A stretch of DNA of 64,000 bases from Alphaproteobacteria bacterium (GTDB taxonomy: Bacteria; Pseudomonadota; Alphaproteobacteria; Micavibrionales; UBA2020), in contig OZ257145.1 of NCBI GenBank assembly GCA_965279315.1, positions 2,228,295 to 2,292,294 of the forward strand. Reading direction: 5' to 3'. Below are positions 58,345 through 64,000 of this stretch, in pieces (position 1 is the first letter of the stretch; every line of letters begins with the position of its first letter). The position numbers and the translations under genes were made by a program. Below the pieces are notes generated by a model that ran no database searches, was not told where the DNA came from, and was given only the letters and a program-made list of their open reading frames with translations.

Positions 58345-60104
58345 GGTTGACCCTCTTTATTTTTATTCATTATAGGCGATTCCGGCAGGCGCAAGGAAGC
58401 GTCGATATGCGCGGGTATTTTTGGCGCGTCGGCGGTTTTCAGCAGCCATGCGTCGCCGTCGCTTGCGAATTTGAAGCGCGGATAAAGGTCTTTCACCATC
58501 CCGTTCTTGGCAGTCGGGAGATATTTTCCGCGCAAGGCTGTGCAGCCAACCGCAACGGCGGCTGCAGCGAGTTGTGCGATAAACGTTTCTTCCGCGCCGC
58601 GTCCCAGCACGCGGCAGCTCATCAGCAAGGTGTCGATTTCTGCGGTTACGCCTTTCTTCGTCAGGATGGCGACGCCCACCAAACCGTAATCGCCGTATTT
58701 ATCGGCAATGTTCATGCCCAGGACAATGTTGCCCGGGGATGCGGCCAGTTTTTCGATGTCATCCTGCGTGCTGCGGATGGTGGTCAGGTTGAACTGGTTC
58801 GTCTTGTTGACCAGCTGCGTGATGCGGGCGAGGTGCTGTTTTTCGGCGGCAAAAACATCGATCTTCAGTTGTAGCGATTTGCGGAAATCTTCCTCGCTCA
58901 TCGTTTCCTGTACGGCATTGCGCTGCTGGTCGGCGGCCATCATATCGGTGCGCTTGCGGTCTTCGTCGGTTATTTGCAGCGTGTCGAACAAATCTGTATT
59001 CGCCAGCAGTGTGGGCAAGTCTGCCAGTTCTTCCGGCACAAGCAGGCAGGTGACAGCGGGCAGGCGTTCCTGCACTTCACCGATTTCCTTGGCATTGTCA
59101 TCCACGAACACAATTGCATCGAGGCCGATATTCAGTTTCGTTGCGATACGCTTGATGCTGTCGACTTTTGATTCCCAGTTTATTTCGAACGCAACGATGT
59201 CCTTGCGCGAAAGAACCATCGCGTCATGCTTGTCCAAAACCTCGTATGCGTCATCGGGATTGTTTTTGGACGCAACCGCCAGCATCACGCCCTTGGATTT
59301 CAGGTGCATCAGGTAACGCTGGAAATCGCGGAAGGCACGGCCGGGAAATTCATCGCCCAGCGCGATTCCGCCCAGGCCATCCTCGCCGATCACGCCGCCC
59401 CAAAGGGTATTATCGAGATCCAGCACGACGCATTTTTTCGGGCCGGCTTTTTCGGCGGCGATCATGCGGCCGGTTTGTGCGCCGATGGCCTGCCAGAATA
59501 TTTCGGTATAGGGCTGGCGGTAAAGCTGCCATTTGCGCGCATCATGGGCATGGCGCGCGCCATGTTCGATCAGCAGCGCTTGCAGATCCAGCACACGCAG
59601 GCGGTCGATCTTCGCCGTTTCCTGCGCCCATGTTTGCGCGACGGCTGTGTAAACCTGCATCGCGGGCGATGCCAGTTCCAGTGCGCTGAAACCGGGCAGG
59701 GACGGGAAGGGCGGCGCGGACACGATCAGCGTGCCGGAAAAATTGCGGCGCAGCTGCGCGACGGCTGCGGCGAAATGACGGATATCATCCAGCAGCCCGG
59801 GCAGGGCTTCGGCGGCGTCCAGCGTCGCGGCCAGTTTCGTGGCGAACATATCCTCGATCCGCCACAGCATCACGATCACATCGGCATCACCGACCGCATG
59901 TTTGTGGTTGATGCATAGCTGCTGCAACTGGCCGAAAGGCGCGACCGAAAATGCGGGCTTCAGGTTTTTGCCGAGCAGGTGCGCGCCCAGAAAAGGTTCA
60001 AGCGGCTCCAGCGTGAAGGAAGCGGCGAGGCCGACGGTGATATCCGCTGCGCCCGCCTGTTTCTGGTGTTGCCGCCATGCCGTTTTGGGGTCGGGTGCGG
60101 TCAT
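58341..60104 (-). CDS. FkbH-like HAD-IIIC glyceryl-ACP transferase/phosphatase
   Basis: KCVVLDLDNTLWGGVIGEDG, ASKNN, FVDDN, KTNQFNLT, LMSCRVLGR; likely start MTAPDPK at 60104. Confidence 0.92.
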   Translation of the reverse strand: MTAPDPKTAWRQHQKQAGAADITVGLAASFTLEPLEPFLGAHLLGKNLKPAFSVAPFGQLQQLCINHKHAVGDADVIVMLWRIEDMFATKLAATLDAAEALPGLLDDIRHFAAAVAQLRRNFSGTLIVSAPPFPSLPGFSALELASPAMQVYTAVAQTWAQETAKIDRLRVLDLQALLIEHGARHAHDARKWQLYRQPYTEIFWQAIGAQTGRMIAAEKAGPKKCVVLDLDNTLWGGVIGEDGLGGIALGDEFPGRAFRDFQRYLMHLKSKGVMLAVASKNNPDDAYEVLDKHDAMVLSRKDIVAFEINWESKVDSIKRIATKLNIGLDAIVFVDDNAKEIGEVQERLPAVTCLLVPEELADLPTLLANTDLFDTLQITDEDRKRTDMMAADQQRNAVQETMSEEDFRKSLQLKIDVFAAEKQHLARITQLVNKTNQFNLTTIRSTQDDIEKLAASPGNIVLGMNIADKYGDYGLVGVAILTKKGVTAEIDTLLMSCRVLGRGAEETFIAQLAAAAVAVGCTALRGKYLPTAKNGMVKDLYPRFKFASDGDAWLLKTADAPKIPAHIDASLRLPESPIMNKNKEGQP

Positions 60105-60111
60105 CCTGCGG

Positions 60112-60345
60112 TCAAACCTTGACGTTCTTGTCCTGCAGCGTTTTCCGCGCAAGGCCGATCGACGACATTTTCATGATTTCCTTGGTCGAGAGCTGGATCT
60201 TGAACTTGTCCTCGATCGCCGCGACGAGGTGCATGGCGGCGAGGCTGTCCCACTGGCGGACTGAATCGGGGGAGCTGTTGTCGTTCAGCGCGGTCGGTTC
60301 GACCTGCAGCACATCGGCAAACAATTCGATCAACGCATCGGCCAT
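60112..60345 (-). CDS. Acyl carrier protein
   Basis: About 77 aa with WDSL phosphopantetheine site and AIEDKFKI. Confidence 0.9.
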   Translation of the reverse strand: MADALIELFADVLQVEPTALNDNSSPDSVRQWDSLAAMHLVAAIEDKFKIQLSTKEIMKMSSIGLARKTLQDKNVKV

Positions 60346-60655
60346 CAAAACACCCCTGAACCCATTAAAATTCAATGCCTTGTGATTTTAACAAAGCAGC
60401 TTTTTGAAAGATAGGCGATTTTTCGGCGGCGGGAAGGGGCGGTTGCCATAGTCGGATAATAAGTGTTTGAAGGGGTTTTATAAAATGCGATATACGCAAT
60501 TATATCTTGACTATTATCGTATTCTGTGAAATGATGATAGTGATGGAAGGAGGCAAGGAATGGACCGGAAAAAGATAAGAAACCAGATCCTCGCCGTTTT
60601 CATCTTCCTGCTGACAGTGTTCGGAAATATCCCGCAGGCGCTTGCGGCAGGGCGG

Positions 60656-61702
60656 TCACTCGTCGTCGTAAACCACGTCCTGGATGACGGGCAGCGCGGC
60701 TTTGCGGTCGGCGCGGGCTTTTTCGATGTGTTTGTACATTTCGGCCAGAACCGCGTCGGTGCCGTCTTTGGCAACGGCGGAAATGATGTGGACTTTCTTG
60801 CGGATGGCTTTGGACAGGATCTTTTGCTGGTCTTCGGCAAGTTCCGGGCCGAGGGCGTCAATCTTGTTCAGCGCGATGATTTCGGGCTTCTTGGCAAGGC
60901 CGTGGCCATAGGCCTTCAGCTCCGCGCGGATGGTTTTATACGCACCCACGATATCGTCCTGCGTCGCGTCGATCAGGTGGAGCAGGGCGCCCGTGCGCTC
61001 CACATGGCCGAGGAAGCGGGTGCCCAAACCGACACCCTCCGATGCGCCCTCGATCAGGCCGGGGATGTCCGCCAGCACGAATTCCTTGTCATGCGTGCGC
61101 ACAACGCCGAGGTTCGGGGCGAGGGTGGTGAAGGGGTAATCGGCAATCTTGGGCTTGGCGCGCGTGGTGACCGACAGGAATGTCGATTTGCCGGCGTTCG
61201 GCAGGCCGACGATCCCGGCATCCGCGATCAGTTTCAGGCGCAGCCAGACGGCGCGTTCCTGGCCGGGCCAGCCGGGGGTGGATTTGCGGGGCGCGCGGTT
61301 GGTGGGAGATTTGTAATGGGCATTGCCGAAGCCGCCGTCGCCGCCCTTCAGGAACAGCACGCGCTGCCCGGGGGTGGTGAGGTCGAGCAGTTCGGTTTCC
61401 TTGTCTTCATCAAGGATGACGGTGCCGACGGGCACGCGGACGATGATGTCCTTGCCGCCCTTGCCGGAGCAGTTGTCGCCACCGCCATGCATGCCGGGCG
61501 CGGCGCGGAAGTGCTGGGTGTAACGGAAATCGATGAGGGTGTTCAGGTTGTCGAGGACTTCGAAATAGACATCGCCGCCACGGCCGCCATTGCCGCCGTC
61601 GGGCCCCCCCATATCGACGAATTTCTCGCGGCGGAAGGCGATGGCGCCGGGGCCGCCCTTGCCGCTTTCGAGGTAGATTTTCGCTTCGTCGAGGAATTTC
61701 AT
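60656..61702 (-). CDS. obgE: GTPase ObgE/CgtA
   Basis: [46 protein letters not shown]. Confidence 0.98.
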   Translation of the reverse strand: MKFLDEAKIYLESGKGGPGAIAFRREKFVDMGGPDGGNGGRGGDVYFEVLDNLNTLIDFRYTQHFRAAPGMHGGGDNCSGKGGKDIIVRVPVGTVILDEDKETELLDLTTPGQRVLFLKGGDGGFGNAHYKSPTNRAPRKSTPGWPGQERAVWLRLKLIADAGIVGLPNAGKSTFLSVTTRAKPKIADYPFTTLAPNLGVVRTHDKEFVLADIPGLIEGASEGVGLGTRFLGHVERTGALLHLIDATQDDIVGAYKTIRAELKAYGHGLAKKPEIIALNKIDALGPELAEDQQKILSKAIRKKVHIISAVAKDGTDAVLAEMYKHIEKARADRKAALPVIQDVVYDDE

Positions 61703-61720
61703 TGGGTAAGATGCCTAAAT

Positions 61721-61752
61721 AAAAACCGGGGAATGGAAATTCCCCGGCTTTT
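61721..61752 (-). terminator. Terminator-like hairpin after rpmA
   Basis: CCGGGGAAT / ATTCCCCGG with A-run on the left. Confidence 0.7.
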
Positions 61753-61774
61753 AAAAACCTTTACGGACGGAAAA

Positions 61775-62044
61775 TTATTCCGCCGACTCGTTCGCCGGAA
61801 CGACCGAGATGTATTGACGGCCTTTCAGGCCGCCATGGAATTTCACAACGCCGTCGCGCTTTGCGAAGATCGTGTGATCTTTGCCGATGCCGACGAATTT
61901 GCCGGGATGCCATTGCGTGCCGCGCTGGCGCACGATGATGCCGCCATTGTTGATTTCCTGGCCGCCATAGACTTTTACGCCCAGGCGCTGACCAGCTGAG
62001 TCGCGACCGTTTCTGGATGAGCCGCCGGCTTTTTTATGTGCCAT
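61775..62044 (-). CDS. rpmA: 50S ribosomal protein L27
   Basis: [24 protein letters not shown]. Confidence 0.99.
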   Translation of the reverse strand: MAHKKAGGSSRNGRDSAGQRLGVKVYGGQEINNGGIIVRQRGTQWHPGKFVGIGKDHTIFAKRDGVVKFHGGLKGRQYISVVPANESAE

Positions 62045-62071
62045 TTTATATTCTCCTAAAGACTAGATAGC

Positions 62072-62386
62072 TTAACCGGTGATGCCGGTGATTTTCAGAA
62101 CCAGCAGGTTCTGGCGATGGCCGTTTTTGCGGCGGTAGTTCTGGCGACGCTTCTTTTTGAAGACGATGACTTTATCGTCGCGGATCTGTTCCAGAACTTC
62201 TGCCTGCACGCTCGCGCCCGAAATCATGGGGGAGCCGAACTTTGCCTTGCCATCGGCACTGCCGACCATCAGCACTTCGCTCAGGTTGAGTTTGTCGCCT
62301 TTTTTGGCGTCGAGCAGTTCGACTCGCAGGATATCATCCTTCTTCACGCGATACTGCTTACCACCGGTTTTAATGACTGCGTACAT
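62072..62386 (-). CDS. rplU: 50S ribosomal protein L21
   Basis: [31 protein letters not shown]. Confidence 0.99.
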   Translation of the reverse strand: MYAVIKTGGKQYRVKKDDILRVELLDAKKGDKLNLSEVLMVGSADGKAKFGSPMISGASVQAEVLEQIRDDKVIVFKKKRRQNYRRKNGHRQNLLVLKITGITG

Positions 62387-62560
62387 AGCTATGACCGTTT
62401 CATTTCAAGTGTTTATCAGGAATCTTTACGGCGCGCCATAGGGCGTCCGAGATGGGCAATATACTCGACTGACCTGATATGTCAAGAAATAATGGGGCGT
62501 ATCCACCATTTATCGCCGCTGTTTCATGATATATAATGTCCGGCAGGGGATGAAAAGGGG

Positions 62561-64000
62561 ATGACTCAGATATTAAATAGTCTTGTGGTCGCAAGGGGGC
62601 TGGATACACAGCATGCCCTTGAAGAAATTATGGTAAATAACCTCGAAGGCTATGTATTCAGTTTCCTCACACACCCCCTCGATCGCCTGACCGAAATCGA
62701 CCGCGACCCCGACCTTATCTTTATAGACGGCAATGGCGGTCTGTCGGGCGACGATATCCCGCGCATCGTGCGCCTGTTCCCGCGCAAGACCTATGTGGTG
62801 CTGGACGACAATCCCGGCATGAAGCGCCGCATGTACCTGAACATGGGCATCGACGAGGTGATGAGCCTTGGAGATTTGCAATCCGAGCTTGGCAAGCACC
62901 TGCTGGAAAAGCTGCTTGTGCTGAAGGAGCTTGCGGCGGCCGAGGCGAAAATCGAGCAGGGCGAAGAACGCTTCCGAGGCATCATCGAACATTCGAACGA
63001 TATCCTTGTGCTGCTGGATGCGGCGGGCACGATCCTTTACACCAGCCCTGCCTTTACCCGCCAGCTGGATTACGAAATCTGGGAAGTGATGGGGCAGCCG
63101 TTTTTCAGCTTCCTCCATGCCGGCGACAAGGTGGAATTTGAAGACCAGTTCCGCTGGCTGGCGACCCATCATTCCGGCGAGGACGCGACGCCGACATCGT
63201 TCAAGTTCTGGCACAAACGCGGCATCTGGGTGGATTTCGAGGCGAGCGGGTCGAACCTGCTGCGCAACGTGACGGTGCAGGCGGTCGTGTTGCATATGCG
63301 CGACGTGACCGCGCACAAGCAGGCCGAAAACGAGCTGGCCGAATATCGCAAGCGGCTGGAGGTGCTGGTCGATGAACGCACGAAGGAAGCCGCCGCAGCC
63401 AACCGCCGCGCCGATGCCGTGATTGCCGCCAGCCCCGATGCGCTGATCGCGATTGATGACAAGGGCATGATCGCCTTCGCCAGCCGCCATTATTATACCC
63501 TGTATCCGCATAGCGCCAAGCTGCTCGCCCCCGGCGTGCATGTGATGGAGGCGTTCGCGGTTGTGGCGCACGAGGTGGGGCTTGAAAAGGGTGAGCCGCG
63601 TTATGAAGAGATGAAGGAGTGGTGGGAAAACCCCAAGGGCAGCAAAGAATACAAGATGCATAACGGCACCTGGGTGCGGATGCAGGCGCGCCGTATTCCG
63701 GCGACCAACGGGACCGTCATTTCCACGACCAATATCACCGATTATAAACGCCAGCAGGCTTTGCTGGCGGCGCAGACGGCGGAGCTGGGCGTTGCGCTGG
63801 CCAAGGAAAAGGCGGTTGTCGAACAGCAGAAAACTTTCGTGTCGATGGTCAGCCATGAATTCCGGACGCCGTTGACGATCATCGACGGCAACGCGCAGAT
63901 CATCCACAAACGCGGCGACACGATCGGGAAGGAGGCGTTGGAAAAACGCACCTCCACCATCCGCGCCGCCGTGGACCGGCTGGTGCGGCTGATCGAAACC
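62561..64000 (+). CDS. Sensor histidine kinase: receiver-like N-terminus, PAS domains, HisKA (3'-truncated; missing from the ORF track)
   Basis: Manual translation from ATG 62561: MTQILNSLVV...DPDLIFIDG...EERFRGIIEHSNDIL (PAS)...RDVT...FVSMVSHEFRTPLTIIDGNAQ (H-box). Confidence 0.9.
   Translation, partial: MTQILNSLVVARGLDTQHALEEIMVNNLEGYVFSFLTHPLDRLTEIDRDPDLIFIDGNGGLSGDDIPRIVRLFPRKTYVVLDDNPGMKRRMYLNMGIDEVMSLGDLQSELGKHLLEKLLVLKELAAAEAKIEQGEERFRGIIEHSNDILVLLDAAGTILYTSPAFTRQLDYEIWEVMGQPFFSFLHAGDKVEFEDQFRWLATHHSGEDATPTSFKFWHKRGIWVDFEASGSNLLRNVTVQAVVLHMRDVTAHKQAENELAEYRKRLEVLVDERTKEAAAANRRADAVIAASPDALIAIDDKGMIAFASRHYYTLYPHSAKLLAPGVHVMEAFAVVAHEVGLEKGEPRYEEMKEWWENPKGSKEYKMHNGTWVRMQARRIPATNGTVISTTNITDYKRQQALLAAQTAELGVALAKEKAVVEQQKTFVSMVSHEFRTPLTIIDGNAQIIHKRGDTIGKEALEKRTSTIRAAVDRLVRLIET

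Noticed and set aside
60514-60603. 29-aa minus-strand peptide MKTARIWFLIFF... downstream of obgE
   Set aside because: Very short, weak RBS, and explained as the reverse complement of the purine-rich plus-strand start region.
62573-63907. 444-aa minus-strand ORF at the window end
   Set aside because: Shadow of the plus-strand histidine kinase, which has clear PAS and H-box motifs.

Overview
GC-rich chromosomal window from an alphaproteobacterium. Markers are ccrM next to rnhB, lpxI between lpxA and lpxB, an alpha-type zinc-less L31, and the lolC-lolD-dnaE-rpsB-tsf-pyrH-frr-uppS-cdsA-dxr-rseP-bamA-skp-lpxD-fabZ-lpxA-lpxI-lpxB order. A Micavibrio-like lineage is my guess, by inference only. Most of the window is housekeeping: AsmA, fumC, valS, ibpA, rpmE, suhB, efp, mutY, pepN, obgE-rpmA-rplU and a PAS histidine kinase cut by the window end. 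No tRNA, rRNA, CRISPR, integrase or transposase was seen. The interesting part is about ten orphan-type genes wedged between conserved genes. They share a short basic Lys/Pro-rich C-terminal tail, and most also carry an L-x3-F-(N/D)-x-x-A-like helix near one end. They include three tandem PRTase-fold paralogues, a pair of distant paralogues, an ADP-ribosyltransferase-like protein, a NUDIX fused to a degenerate copy of that domain, and a beta-helix protein. Together they look like a dispersed repertoire of tail-tagged secreted effectors, which is a hypothesis. Also notable: two tandem structured non-coding units at about 38265-38630 (candidate paired sRNAs), an ACP-FkbH-methyltransferase-VOC cassette with no PKS or MBOAT beside it, a ROSE-like thermometer on ibpA, and a possible expressed ORF antisense to obgE. 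All family assignments come from motif recognition by eye, not database searches.
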